Source of the DNA: a virus
Length of the DNA: 64,000 nucleotides
Virus record (IMG/VR): IMGVR_UViG_3300047510_003167
Coordinates: 8,472 to 72,471 of that record
Strand: one strand, 5' to 3'
The notes beneath the pieces were generated by a model. The model did not search any database. It worked only from the letters and a program-made list of their open reading frames with translations, and was not told where the DNA came from. Shown in pieces: positions 39,115 through 48,908 of the stretch; within the stretch, counting starts at the first letter, position 1; each line of letters begins with the position of its first letter. Position numbers and translations under genes: made by a program.

Positions 39115-40371
39115 TCAGGCCGGAACCAGCTCTTTAGCACCCTTCTTCCGGCGCGTCCTGCTCTTGGTGCGCTTCGGCTCCTTGATCTCAGCCTTCACCG
39201 ACACCTCCTGGAAGACGCCATCAAACTGAGCAGCGACCGTATCCCAGTCGAACTGAGGATCCGTCACGCGTTTGTAGCAGGCATCAGCGGTGCGCTGCAG
39301 CTCCTCACGGTCGTGGTAAAGCTCATTAAGGATCTCAGTGAGATGTTCATGAGACGGACAGGGCATTTCCCGTGAGTAGTTCACGTCTACATCAACGTGG
39401 TCGCAACGGATCAGCTTGCCATATCCCTCAAAAATTTCCTTGCAAGACGTATGATCAGGCACCACCTGGGCGACACCACAGGCAGCATGTTCAAAGTTGA
39501 CCAGGCCCCAGCCCTCCCCTTTGCAGGTATTGACGCCAACGTCGGCGCAGTTGTAGATGGTGTTGAGCAGCTCCACCTCAACCGCCGGGGGATTATGCGT
39601 ATTGCCCGTCATGATGATGCGATTGTTTGGGTCAATACCCCTCCGCCCCATCTCCCTGGCGAAGACCTGCATGACATCCCAACCTTGATCTTTCATCCCC
39701 ATGTGGAGATAGAGCATCGCTTCTGGCTTATCTTTTGCAAATTCAGCAAAGCCCGCAATGGTGATGTCAATCCGCTTACGGAACTGATTGCGGTTTGCGT
39801 TCAGCACAATGAAAGCATCCTCCCGCAACCCCAGCTCTTTCCGCGCTTGAAGTTTGTCCTTGGGATAAAACTGACCTTTAGTGACGCCATGGGGGATCAC
39901 ATCAATCGGACGACGAATGCCACCCGCAATAAATTCATGCGCACCAAAGTCCGTGTATGAGATCACTGCATCCCAGGCATTGGCAGTATCAGCCAAACAC
40001 CCAGTCCAGGCGTAGCTATCCATGGGGGAGTAGCCCACAAATTTAAATTTCTTCTGCTCATGCAGATCCTGGATGCGCCGGTACTGTTCATTAATGATCC
40101 ACATGTCATTAATGGTGAAGACAATGTCCGGCTTCTCATTTTCTACAACTTCCCGAATGCGGTCCTCAGCAAAAGGCGCCGTCTGAAAACGGTTGGTCGC
40201 CGGATAAATCTTGTACTCATCTTGCAAGGGATCAGGATCCCCGTGGTAGTTACACCCCAATACCACTACTTCATACTTATCTTTAATTCGTGCAAGAACA
40301 TTTTCCGTTACACGGCTAAAGCCTGTGCGAGCAATAATGTCACCCACCCAGAGCAGCTTTTGTTTCGTCAT
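39115..40371 (-). CDS. Glycosyltransferase GT4
   Basis: TGFSRV, NRNQFRKRID, GEGWGLVNFEHAACG. Confidence 0.9.
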   Translation of the reverse strand: MTKQKLLWVGDIIARTGFSRVTENVLARIKDKYEVVVLGCNYHGDPDPLQDEYKIYPATNRFQTAPFAEDRIREVVENEKPDIVFTINDMWIINEQYRRIQDLHEQKKFKFVGYSPMDSYAWTGCLADTANAWDAVISYTDFGAHEFIAGGIRRPIDVIPHGVTKGQFYPKDKLQARKELGLREDAFIVLNANRNQFRKRIDITIAGFAEFAKDKPEAMLYLHMGMKDQGWDVMQVFAREMGRRGIDPNNRIIMTGNTHNPPAVEVELLNTIYNCADVGVNTCKGEGWGLVNFEHAACGVAQVVPDHTSCKEIFEGYGKLIRCDHVDVDVNYSREMPCPSHEHLTEILNELYHDREELQRTADACYKRVTDPQFDWDTVAAQFDGVFQEVSVKAEIKEPKRTKSRTRRKKGAKELVPA

Positions 40372-40465
40372 TCAGATAGTGAATTCTCAATTAACTATAC
40401 ATAAATAACAAACAACTTGAACCTCAGTCTTTTGTGTAGTAAACTTTTTAATTTAGAGTTCCGTC

Positions 40466-41002
40466 ATGCCCGCCCCTCTTTTATTAGAAATTACTCTTTT
40501 TGATATTCAAAACCGTCAAGGTCTAATGACAAAACACGTTTTATACAATACCTGGAGAGGGATGATTGAAAGATGTAAAAATCCAAAGTCTCCTAATTAT
40601 AAACGCTATGGAGGGCAAGGGATTTCTGTTTATCTTGAATGGCAAGATAAATCTAGACATCCTGTTTACAAACGTTGGAGCAAAGGTTTTTGTTGTTTTT
40701 TAAACTACATTGAAAAGTTTTTAGGAGAAAAACCCAAAGGCTTTTCTCTTGATCGCCTTGATAGCAATGGTAATTATTCTCCGGGTAATTTAAGATGGGC
40801 CAGTCCTTCCTTGCAAAAGAAAAATCAAACCGTTTCAAACCTTACAGGTTATAAGTATGTTTATAAAGTAGCAAATTCAGCTTCTTGGCAAGGCGAATAC
40901 AAGAATGGAAACTTAAGAGTTTACGTTGGTTGTTTTAAAACCAAAGAGCAGGCTTATTTTTCTGTTTTAGCTCATCGTTTAGAGAAAATGTGGCCTTTCT
41001 AA
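40466..41002 (+). CDS. HNH/AP2-type homing endonuclease
   Basis: YNTWRGMIERC...YKRYGGQGISV...SLDRLDSNGNYSPGNLRWA, then AP2-like GYKYV...YVGCFKT; AT-rich; start may be 40527. Confidence 0.85.
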   Translation: MPAPLLLEITLFDIQNRQGLMTKHVLYNTWRGMIERCKNPKSPNYKRYGGQGISVYLEWQDKSRHPVYKRWSKGFCCFLNYIEKFLGEKPKGFSLDRLDSNGNYSPGNLRWASPSLQKKNQTVSNLTGYKYVYKVANSASWQGEYKNGNLRVYVGCFKTKEQAYFSVLAHRLEKMWPF

Positions 41003-41349
41003 TTTCTAAATACTTTTCTTTGTATTTCTTTTTCTTCCGAGTCTCTTGCTTTGAGTTTGTTTTTTAAAAATTCAGCAGCTTTATGAGAATTGGTCGTATC
41101 ACCACACGTGTACAAATCAATAGCACAGTATCCTTCGCAGGGCCATGAATGCAAAGAGCAATGCGACTCCGCCAGTAGTGCCAACAACGTCACTCCTTGC
41201 GGCTTAAATTTCTCACCGATAATCCGAATGATGGTTGCGTTTGACATCTGGAGTGCCACCTCCATCAGTCGTTGAAGCTCCTCATAGTCATCAAGAAGCT
41301 TCTTGTCGCAACCATACAAATCTAAGATTAAGTGCCGACCATTACTCAT
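40999..41349 (-). CDS. speD: S-adenosylmethionine decarboxylase proenzyme
   Basis: GRHLILDLYGC, FKPQGVT..LLAESH (self-cleavage site), HSWP, DLYTCG. Confidence 0.9.
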   Translation of the reverse strand: MSNGRHLILDLYGCDKKLLDDYEELQRLMEVALQMSNATIIRIIGEKFKPQGVTLLALLAESHCSLHSWPCEGYCAIDLYTCGDTTNSHKAAEFLKNKLKARDSEEKEIQRKVFRN

Positions 41350-43993
41350 TCACTTGTTTTAAATCATCTTCCATTCTCGCATTATCATTCGTCAATAATT
41401 CAGCGCCATAAAATTCTTTATATTCATCTTTATTGGAAGCGACCTCCACCAAGCTGGGATAGTTCTCGTACTTAGGACTGGACGACCGTACGGCAATGTT
41501 GAACACCTTGAGTCCACGCGTTGTTCGCTTGGAATAGACATTCATCCCCAACTGGTTGATGCAGATGTCCAGCAGCAGGGGTTCAAATCGATTCCTCGAC
41601 ATGATGCCCACATTACATTCACGACAGAACTCGGCATAACTTGCATACAGCCATGTGTCACTATTGGCATAAACATTCGATCCACCCGACGGTGCAAACT
41701 TGGTAAAACCAATCGCCGTCATGATGCCTGGATCAAAGATAGTTTTGTGATCCATCCAATCCAGCAGTGGGTTCGACCTGAGGTTCTGCAGCTTGGCATA
41801 TTTCTTGAAGAACGACACGCGCTTCTCGGTTTCCATTAGGTAGGAACGCATGTCCTCCTCCGACATATCCAACAACCAATTCACCAGCCCTGGGAGCAAA
41901 GGCGCAAACTCACCCTGCGGCTCCCCTTTGGAATTGAACTTAATCAACTCCTTCTGTTCATTAGGACCACCAGTGAACGGACGATCAAATGGAATGGTCA
42001 AACGACGACGTGCCAAACCAGACGTGTAGTCCGTCGATTGAATAGCTTCGTTTGCTGTAATGATCACAACACCCTTGAATTGAAAAGGCTCCTGATTCTC
42101 ATTCTGATATTTGCGTTCACTACGGATCCAGTCATTACCCGTAATTGCTTTCAACCGAGAAACCGATCCGCCCCACCGATCAGCATCCTGGAACAGCAGC
42201 AGCTTCTTACCCATGTATCCAGCAGCTTCAAAGCGGTTCTTCTCCAGGTTCTCAAAGTCCGTCGAATAGACGTTCTTCTTACCAACCAGTGCCACCGCCA
42301 AGTTTGCGTAGGTGGACTTACCAGATTTCCCTGGGCCGACAATCTCCACAAACTTTTGCATTTCGTAACGACCCAGCAGCGTTGCCCGCAGCCAGGCCCT
42401 CAACACCTGGGTGCGATCCCAGCTATCCCGTTGCACATGCTTCAACCACTTAACAATTTCTTCACAAGTTGCAGACGGATCATACGGGTACGGCATCTGC
42501 TGCACCAAGTAGAAGTCCCGCTTGAACGGCAGCAGCTCCCGCGTCTCAACATTCAACACCCCATTGGTAAACAGCAGGAACTGGTTGCCTTCATACCAAT
42601 CTTTAAAGTGAAGTGTCGATTGAAGCTGATCGTGAACATCATTGATCAGTTTTGTGGTAAAGCCTGAGAGCAGGCTGCCCCTCATCATCGACAGCTTGGC
42701 GCGAATATCACCTAAGATTTCGACCTTCGTGAGGGGGGACCAGAGGCCACGCGCCTCTGACTCGTACATAAAAAATTGACCATGCCGTATGCTATACACT
42801 AAATTCCCCTGGTACAGCCCAAGCAAGGCATCCGTAATTACATCAGATGAAACATTCCGTGGCTTGTAGTCTTCCTCTTTCCCTTTTTGTTTTGATTGCT
42901 GTTTTACCGCAGGCTTCTGTTGCTGCGTCCACATATTCTCGGCAACCTTACCAACCGGTTCCAGAGCTTGAGATAAAGCCATTTCCATTTCCTCGTCAAA
43001 TTGAGCCTGTAATTGAGCCGCCCGCTCTAATGTCTCATCATCAACATTCAACGCACGGTAGTCCTGTGAAGGACGCCAGCCATTTTCCTGGGCAATGTGA
43101 ATGAGGGAGCCCATGCCCCTGCCACCACCTTTACTAAAGGAACGCCACCGCCTCTGGCATTCACCATCCCTATACTTTTCCGACTGCTTAGACCATTCTT
43201 CCCACACATCAAGCAGCGATTCATCCAGTGAGTGAAGCGCCTGACCGACCGTGATCCAAATGTCGTAGTCATCTGCAGCCTCTGGGGGCAACGACCAAGT
43301 TGCTTCCTCCGCCAGTTTCATGTCACGCTCAAGTGACACCTCTGACTGAACAACGAACGTAGGACCAACAATCCGGGTGGTTTCCTTTGATGGAATCCCC
43401 TGCTTAACATTCTTATTAATGATTGCGTTCAGCAACCATTCCGGAAATTCAGGCAGCTCATCAACCCACTCAAACCCCTGGTCAACATCCGTAAAGTAAC
43501 CGTCCGTTTCTGGGTGCAGACCCATTAGCACACCCTGGTGCCGCTTCCAAAGAATCTCCAGTTTTTCTTTATCACCTTCCGCGTGCCACGTGTATTTATT
43601 ACGGGCAAAATGCTTGTGGCTATCCCTGCTGAGTTTGTAAAGTTTCCTTTCCCTTCCTTCTTTACCGCTTTTAATTGTCAGTGTTTTTGGCAGGGCCTTA
43701 ACGAATTCAACTCCAGCGAGTGACTCGATGAGGTCATAGACGGTAGGGCCATCAACATCGACCCAGACCAAACCATAAGGCAGATTGAAGACAGGCCCAC
43801 CAATGAGGCCAACAGCTTTACAGGATCCACTTACAATCTCCTCTTCAATTTCACGAATACTAAACGGCTTACCCTGCCAGCCTGCAATGTAAGGATCCTT
43901 GTTACCACCCAAGGGAGTCAGGGGCCAATCTGCAGACAAATAATCGAGCCGTATTTCTCCCGGCTGAAGAGCTAACTGATTCCGACTCGTCAT
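41342..43993 (-). CDS. Primase-helicase (Prim-Pol, PriCT-2, D5/SF3 helicase)
   Basis: WVDVDG Prim-Pol motif, DDYDIWITVGQALH, FTNGVLN, Walker A GPGKSGKST. Confidence 0.9.
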   Translation of the reverse strand: MTSRNQLALQPGEIRLDYLSADWPLTPLGGNKDPYIAGWQGKPFSIREIEEEIVSGSCKAVGLIGGPVFNLPYGLVWVDVDGPTVYDLIESLAGVEFVKALPKTLTIKSGKEGRERKLYKLSRDSHKHFARNKYTWHAEGDKEKLEILWKRHQGVLMGLHPETDGYFTDVDQGFEWVDELPEFPEWLLNAIINKNVKQGIPSKETTRIVGPTFVVQSEVSLERDMKLAEEATWSLPPEAADDYDIWITVGQALHSLDESLLDVWEEWSKQSEKYRDGECQRRWRSFSKGGGRGMGSLIHIAQENGWRPSQDYRALNVDDETLERAAQLQAQFDEEMEMALSQALEPVGKVAENMWTQQQKPAVKQQSKQKGKEEDYKPRNVSSDVITDALLGLYQGNLVYSIRHGQFFMYESEARGLWSPLTKVEILGDIRAKLSMMRGSLLSGFTTKLINDVHDQLQSTLHFKDWYEGNQFLLFTNGVLNVETRELLPFKRDFYLVQQMPYPYDPSATCEEIVKWLKHVQRDSWDRTQVLRAWLRATLLGRYEMQKFVEIVGPGKSGKSTYANLAVALVGKKNVYSTDFENLEKNRFEAAGYMGKKLLLFQDADRWGGSVSRLKAITGNDWIRSERKYQNENQEPFQFKGVVIITANEAIQSTDYTSGLARRRLTIPFDRPFTGGPNEQKELIKFNSKGEPQGEFAPLLPGLVNWLLDMSEEDMRSYLMETEKRVSFFKKYAKLQNLRSNPLLDWMDHKTIFDPGIMTAIGFTKFAPSGGSNVYANSDTWLYASYAEFCRECNVGIMSRNRFEPLLLDICINQLGMNVYSKRTTRGLKVFNIAVRSSSPKYENYPSLVEVASNKDEYKEFYGAELLTNDNARMEDDLKQVNE

Positions 43994-44175
43994 ACCAGCT
44001 GGGACTCCTTGACCTCTACTTTAAACTGTCGCTCAGGGAACGAAGCGTTTTTTACAATCCAAAAAATGTGTTCATGCATGGGAGTGGGAAGACAAAACAA
44101 GTCCCCATCAGCCGCATCATGCATGCGACCCATGAGACTATTGGCCCACTCCCCAGGGAAAATATGGATTTCCAT
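43990..44175 (-). CDS. Hypothetical protein
   Basis: ATGA-coupled to primase start. Confidence 0.55.
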   Translation of the reverse strand: MEIHIFPGEWANSLMGRMHDAADGDLFCLPTPMHEHIFWIVKNASFPERQFKVEVKESQLV

Positions 44176-44250
44176 GGGGGCTTCTGTTTGGTGTTTTCTT
44201 ATCCTACGGTCACCAATCCAAAAGGATCGTGATCTTTTTCTGTAAATCAG

Positions 44251-44268
44251 TAAGTCTTATTGGACTCA
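44251..44268. promoter_or_regulatory. Second copy of the TGAGTC-N6-GACT(C/T)A palindrome
   Basis: TAAGTCTTATTGGACTCA in a divergent intergenic region upstream of the primase operon. Confidence 0.5.
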
Positions 44269-44451
44269 TCTGCAACAGCTCTTCTTTTGTCGATCAACTT
44301 TTCATAAATATTTACAGCCTGTTCTCCAGTGCTCAAGGCACAGTCTGCAGCCACAGACCAGGCCACGCGCTTAAAATGTTTTTCAGAATCAATTTTATTT
44401 TTATTCACAAGTATGTTAAAGCTAAAATTAATCTAAGCCATCAAAATAAAC

Positions 44452-44691
44452 ATGGAATTCGCCGGTAAATACGCAGGCAAAGGCTCTGAGCGTGGTCAAA
44501 CCCAACGTGCCGCTGGCATGGCTCGTGCCGCTGAAAACAAAGCCGCTGCCAAAGCTCGCGTCGAAGAAAAGAAATCTTCTATCGCTGCCCGCAAAGCTGA
44601 AGCTGCCAAGACCCGTCCCGCACCCAAGGGCTCCAAAGCCACTGGTACCGCTAAGTCTGCAGCCGGTCGTGCTAAGCGTCCCGCTAAATAA
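44452..44691 (+). CDS. Histone-like Ala/Lys/Arg-rich basic protein
   Basis: 79 aa; composition and high-expression codon bias. Confidence 0.75.
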   Translation: MEFAGKYAGKGSERGQTQRAAGMARAAENKAAAKARVEEKKSSIAARKAEAAKTRPAPKGSKATGTAKSAAGRAKRPAK

Positions 44692-45502
44692 GATCAGGAT
44701 CTGATTGACCAAACTCGTCAATCTGGTTGTAATACTCTTCAACGATCTGCAGCCAATCTCCCTGGAGGCTATCCAAAAACCTCCGGGAGATTTTAAATAC
44801 TTGTGTGCGTAATGGCGTTGACACAAGGATGGCGGCCTGCTGGACCCTCATCCCAAGTGTTTGCTCAATTGCCAGGTCATACGCAGCAAGTTGTTTGCAG
44901 GTTTTTTTAAATTTCAAATGCCCGCCAAGGAGATCTCTCCATTCCGGAGAGCCTTTCTCCAGGTGACTAGGCCACTTCCTGCTGTACGGCTTAACACTTG
45001 TCTTCAAGTCGGCAAGGGTTAATTTATTGTTTGCAACACCGATGATGTCAGGGGCACCAGCCCAGGCCCTACCTTTTTCATCACATCCCCACACCCTGGC
45101 GACTTCATCAGAGCCGATCGTGTAATTAAACTTTTCCAGCACCGGGGATTCAGCCCACAACACCTCCTGGAACTGATCCAGAATTGACGGCATCCCCGCC
45201 CAGAACTCCTTATATTCGTCCTTAATATCAGGAGATTTATTCCCTTTTAGGTACTGCTCCATCCCGTAGTGGATTGCTGTACCCCTTTCGGCAGCTTGCT
45301 CCTTCACTCCAGGGTTTGCTTTGGACCACATCTCCAACTTTTTCTTGTTGGCTTCCGATGCAGTTTCTGAAATGATTGTGGTTACTGACGGAGCAGGACC
45401 CGTCGGCAGAGGTGTGACATAATGACGTTTGCCATTAAGTGTAATTCGTGCCGGACTTTGATTCAGCTTTTCAAGGCTGTGGTGCCACTGCTTTAATGTC
45501 AA
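44684..45502 (-). CDS. PD-(D/E)XK exonuclease
   Basis: PSVTTII, AAERGTAIH, AGAPD, ADLKTS, QLAAY. Confidence 0.85.
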   Translation of the reverse strand: MTLKQWHHSLEKLNQSPARITLNGKRHYVTPLPTGPAPSVTTIISETASEANKKKLEMWSKANPGVKEQAAERGTAIHYGMEQYLKGNKSPDIKDEYKEFWAGMPSILDQFQEVLWAESPVLEKFNYTIGSDEVARVWGCDEKGRAWAGAPDIIGVANNKLTLADLKTSVKPYSRKWPSHLEKGSPEWRDLLGGHLKFKKTCKQLAAYDLAIEQTLGMRVQQAAILVSTPLRTQVFKISRRFLDSLQGDWLQIVEEYYNQIDEFGQSDPDLI

Positions 45503-45565
45503 TGCGTATTACAGGCCTTAAACCTGATGTATTACATATATTTTAACGTAATATAAAAAGAAACC

Positions 45566-45679
45566 ATGCAAGACTACGATCCCCTCGGTGACTTAATGGC
45601 CGTAATCGTCGGCGCACTTATCTTCACCATCGTTGTAGACGTTATATTAATTGCGTCAGATCCCAGTGTTTTCCAGTGA
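45566..45679 (+). CDS. 37-aa membrane peptide (not in ORF track)
   Basis: MQDYDPLGDLMAVIVGALIFTIVVDVILIASDPSVFQ; TGATG coupling to next ORF. Confidence 0.45.
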   Translation: MQDYDPLGDLMAVIVGALIFTIVVDVILIASDPSVFQ

Positions 45680-45831
45680 TGGCAGCAAATCTGACTCGTT
45701 TCTATTTCAATGAATTCCCCTCTTCTGTCGAAGAGGGAAAAGCTTTTGTTGATATCGAAACACTTGAGGCAGATGAATATGAAATTGACTTGAAGGACCA
45801 AGAAGTCGACTACACCCGCATTGATTTTTAA
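45679..45831 (+). CDS. 50-aa acidic hypothetical protein (not in ORF track)
   Basis: MAANLTRFYFNEF...YTRIDF, fills the gap before the GT gene. Confidence 0.5.
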   Translation: MAANLTRFYFNEFPSSVEEGKAFVDIETLEADEYEIDLKDQEVDYTRIDF

Positions 45832-45834
45832 TAC

Positions 45835-46674
45835 ATGACTACCAAGACTGTTGCCATCCTTTCCCTCTGGCGCGATAGCGAATCGTACATTGAACGGTCC
45901 CTTGCACAGTTTGATGCGCTCCAAGAAACCTTGCTTGGCCAAGGTATTGCAACGGTCTACGGCTTCTTTGAGAATGATTCCAAGGACAACACTGCCCACA
46001 TCCTCCAATCCTGGTTGAAAAACCAAATTGGTTTCGTCGTATCCGAACGAATCGATGCCCCCCGCTGGGGAAGTGTTGCATCCCTAGAACGTGTTCGGTA
46101 TCAGGCACGGTACCGCAATGCCGCACTTGATCTTCTTGATAATTATCACTACGACTATCTGTTGGTTGCCGATAGTGACATCTATTGGACACCCGATCTA
46201 GTCATGGGAATGATAGAAAAGTTGGACGATAATCCCTCCTATGGAATGATTTCCCCCAACACGACGCAAAATGTTCCTGATTTTATTGGTGGCACCGACA
46301 AAGAATCCTATTTCGACAGCTGGTCACTCCTTGATTTAGACGGTAATCAGTGCATGACGTTTGCAGCCAACCCCTTCTTGCGTTCAGAAGACCGCAAACT
46401 TTGGGACGCCAAAAAACCAGTATCCTGCAACAGCGCTTTCGGATCCATCGCCCTGGTTAAATCAGAAGCCCTCGATGCGGGAGATGTCTACTGGAGTGTG
46501 GTTGATGGCGTTGAGCACTGGGAATTTTGTAGGCGAATTCGTGAGGCAGGCTTTGAAGTTATTGCCGACCCCACCCTTAGTGCCAAGGTGATCCACAAAG
46601 AGGACGTTGTCCCCCACCCAGAGATTGTTGAGCTTCACCGGCAACGCCTCAGTACATTCTTAAACAATCGTTAA
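45835..46674 (+). CDS. Glycosyltransferase, GT-A fold
   Basis: FFENDSKDNT, RNAAL, ADSD (DxD), SAFG, VEHWEFC. Confidence 0.8.
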   Translation: MTTKTVAILSLWRDSESYIERSLAQFDALQETLLGQGIATVYGFFENDSKDNTAHILQSWLKNQIGFVVSERIDAPRWGSVASLERVRYQARYRNAALDLLDNYHYDYLLVADSDIYWTPDLVMGMIEKLDDNPSYGMISPNTTQNVPDFIGGTDKESYFDSWSLLDLDGNQCMTFAANPFLRSEDRKLWDAKKPVSCNSAFGSIALVKSEALDAGDVYWSVVDGVEHWEFCRRIREAGFEVIADPTLSAKVIHKEDVVPHPEIVELHRQRLSTFLNNR

Positions 46675-47682
46675 ATCATACGCCACCATTTCTTCGACGA
46701 GGTTCTCAAGGCTGGTCGTAGGCTCCCAGCCCAAACAATTTTTTGCCTTGGAAGCATCCCCAAGAAGCGTATCTACCTCCGCCGGACGGTAGTATTCCGG
46801 ATTAATTTGAATCACAGTTTTATTCAAAGCCCGGCTGTAACCAATTTCAGTTACCCCTTCGCCAATCCAAACAAGATCCAGATCCAAGTAGTCGGAAGCC
46901 ATTTCGCAAAACCGACGCACACTTGTCTGTTTCCCTGTAGCCACAACGTAATCACTGGGCGTATCCTGCTGGAGCATCAGGTACATTGCTTCGACATAGT
47001 CACGGGCATGACCCCAATCCCTTAGGGCATCCAGGTTGCCAAGCTCCAACACCTCCTGTTTACCCTTCATCACTGACACCAAACCCTTGGTGATCTTTTT
47101 TGTAACAAACTCTTCACCACGCACCGGACTTTCGTGGTTGAAAAGGATGCCATTGCATCCAAACAACCCATAGCTTTCACGGTAATTAACCGTCAACCAA
47201 TAGCCAAACAACTTGGCAACCCCATAGGGACTGCGTGGATGGAAATAAGTTTCTTCATTTTGCGGAACCTGCCGCACCTTGCCAAACATTTCAGAAGTCG
47301 ATGCTTGGTAGAAAGCAGGAACAACGGGTGCATTACGGCAAGCTTCAAGAATATTTAAGACTCCAAGGGCATTGGTATGTGCTGTGCTACCAGGAGACTT
47401 AAAGCTGACGCCGACATGGCTCTGGGCAGCCAAGTTGTACACCTCGGTCGGTAAGTAGTTTGCAACCAGTCGCCCCAGCGAGGTGGCATCAGTCATATCC
47501 GAGTATTCCAAGGTCAATTTCTTGGGAATTTCTCCACCAAAAATCCACTTCAGCTTGGAAGTATGGTTGGGATTTGCATTGTTTCGCACCAATCCCAGCA
47601 CGTCATATCCTTTATCGACCAGCAATTTCGCCAGGTAAGCACCATCTTGTCCGGTAATGCCTGTGACTAATGCTCTTGCCAT
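46660..47682 (-). CDS. gmd: GDP-mannose 4,6-dehydratase
   Basis: TGITGQDGAYL, NLAAQSHV, QASTSE, PRSPYGVAK, FNHESP, RDWGHA. Confidence 0.95.
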   Translation of the reverse strand: MARALVTGITGQDGAYLAKLLVDKGYDVLGLVRNNANPNHTSKLKWIFGGEIPKKLTLEYSDMTDATSLGRLVANYLPTEVYNLAAQSHVGVSFKSPGSTAHTNALGVLNILEACRNAPVVPAFYQASTSEMFGKVRQVPQNEETYFHPRSPYGVAKLFGYWLTVNYRESYGLFGCNGILFNHESPVRGEEFVTKKITKGLVSVMKGKQEVLELGNLDALRDWGHARDYVEAMYLMLQQDTPSDYVVATGKQTSVRRFCEMASDYLDLDLVWIGEGVTEIGYSRALNKTVIQINPEYYRPAEVDTLLGDASKAKNCLGWEPTTSLENLVEEMVAYDLTIV

Positions 47683-47732
47683 TTAGATTTATGCTTATAC
47701 TTTTACTATAACCATAATTGAAAGCAAAAGAA

Positions 47733-48908
47733 ATGACGAAATTTGATTGGCCCCTCCAAAAGAACACCATCGGCTGGAGCGAAAAGATGGCCTTAATTAA
47801 ATTTCTTCTAACCAGTGACCGGTTTACAAATGGACCCAAGTGCAAAGAGTTTGAACAAGCGTGGTCCCGATGGGAAGGCTGTCAGTACTCCCTGTTCGTA
47901 AGCAGTGGCTCAACTGCTAACACCCTTTTGCTTGACGCTGTTCACGAAAAGTATTTTTCTCAGACCCCCAAATTAAAAATCTTGGCGCCAGCCATCAACT
48001 GGGCAACCAACATCTCAACATTCCGCCAGCAAGGACACGACATATCCTTCTATGACATCGACTACAAAACCTATTCACCAACCGTAGAATCCATCAACCA
48101 CCATAAAAATGTACTGGACTTTACGCCAGACATTATTTATGTCACGCACATCATGGGGATTGCCGCCGATCTTGCGGTGTTTAAACAAGAGTGGCCCGAT
48201 GCAATCATCCTTGAAGACTGCTGCGAATCGCATGGAGCCAAAACTCTTACCAATCGAAAGGTAGGCACCGAAGGACTTGGCTCAACCTTTTCCTTCTACT
48301 TTGGACACCACATGACCACCGTTGAGGGTGGCATGGTTTGCACCGATGACGAAGAGTTGTACAACTTAATGCGAGCCAAACGCTCCCATGGAATGTCCAG
48401 GGAAATGATCTCACCCTACAAGGAGCGAGAAGAAGCACTGGCTCCGTCCATTGATCCGATGTTTCTGTTTCCAACCCTTGGTTACAACTTCAGAAACACA
48501 GAGCTTGGCGCTGTGCTTGGCCTTTGCCAACTCCCAAAGCTTGATCATTACAACAAACGTCGCGCTGAAAACTATGAAGCCTTCGTTCATTACCTGTCCA
48601 ACCACCCCTGGATCCAATACTTCCCCAAAGTTTGTGGTAATAGTGCCATGACCCTTCCGTTTCATTGCCATACTGAATGGCAACGAGATGAGCTAAAAAT
48701 TCTTTTTACCCAAATGGGTATTGAAACTCGGCCTTTTCTTGTAGGCAACCTGCTCAAACAACCGTTCATGCAGTGGTACAAAAAGGACTGCCCATTACCC
48801 AATAGTGAACGTATCCACACACACTCTTTTTACATAGGCAACAACCACTTTGTTACCATTGAAGATATCAAGAACATGGCAACGGTAGCCCACCAATGCG
48901 CATCTTAA
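47733..48908 (+). CDS. DegT/DnrJ-family PLP enzyme, ColD/RfbH-type 3-dehydratase
   Basis: SSGSTAN, EDCCESHGA, SFYFGHHMTTVEGG (His in place of the PLP Lys). Confidence 0.8.
   Translation: MTKFDWPLQKNTIGWSEKMALIKFLLTSDRFTNGPKCKEFEQAWSRWEGCQYSLFVSSGSTANTLLLDAVHEKYFSQTPKLKILAPAINWATNISTFRQQGHDISFYDIDYKTYSPTVESINHHKNVLDFTPDIIYVTHIMGIAADLAVFKQEWPDAIILEDCCESHGAKTLTNRKVGTEGLGSTFSFYFGHHMTTVEGGMVCTDDEELYNLMRAKRSHGMSREMISPYKEREEALAPSIDPMFLFPTLGYNFRNTELGAVLGLCQLPKLDHYNKRRAENYEAFVHYLSNHPWIQYFPKVCGNSAMTLPFHCHTEWQRDELKILFTQMGIETRPFLVGNLLKQPFMQWYKKDCPLPNSERIHTHSFYIGNNHFVTIEDIKNMATVAHQCAS

Noticed and set aside
39397-42667. Plus-strand ORFs 39397-39960 and 42038-42667
   Set aside because: Antisense to well-supported GT and primase-helicase genes; no motifs
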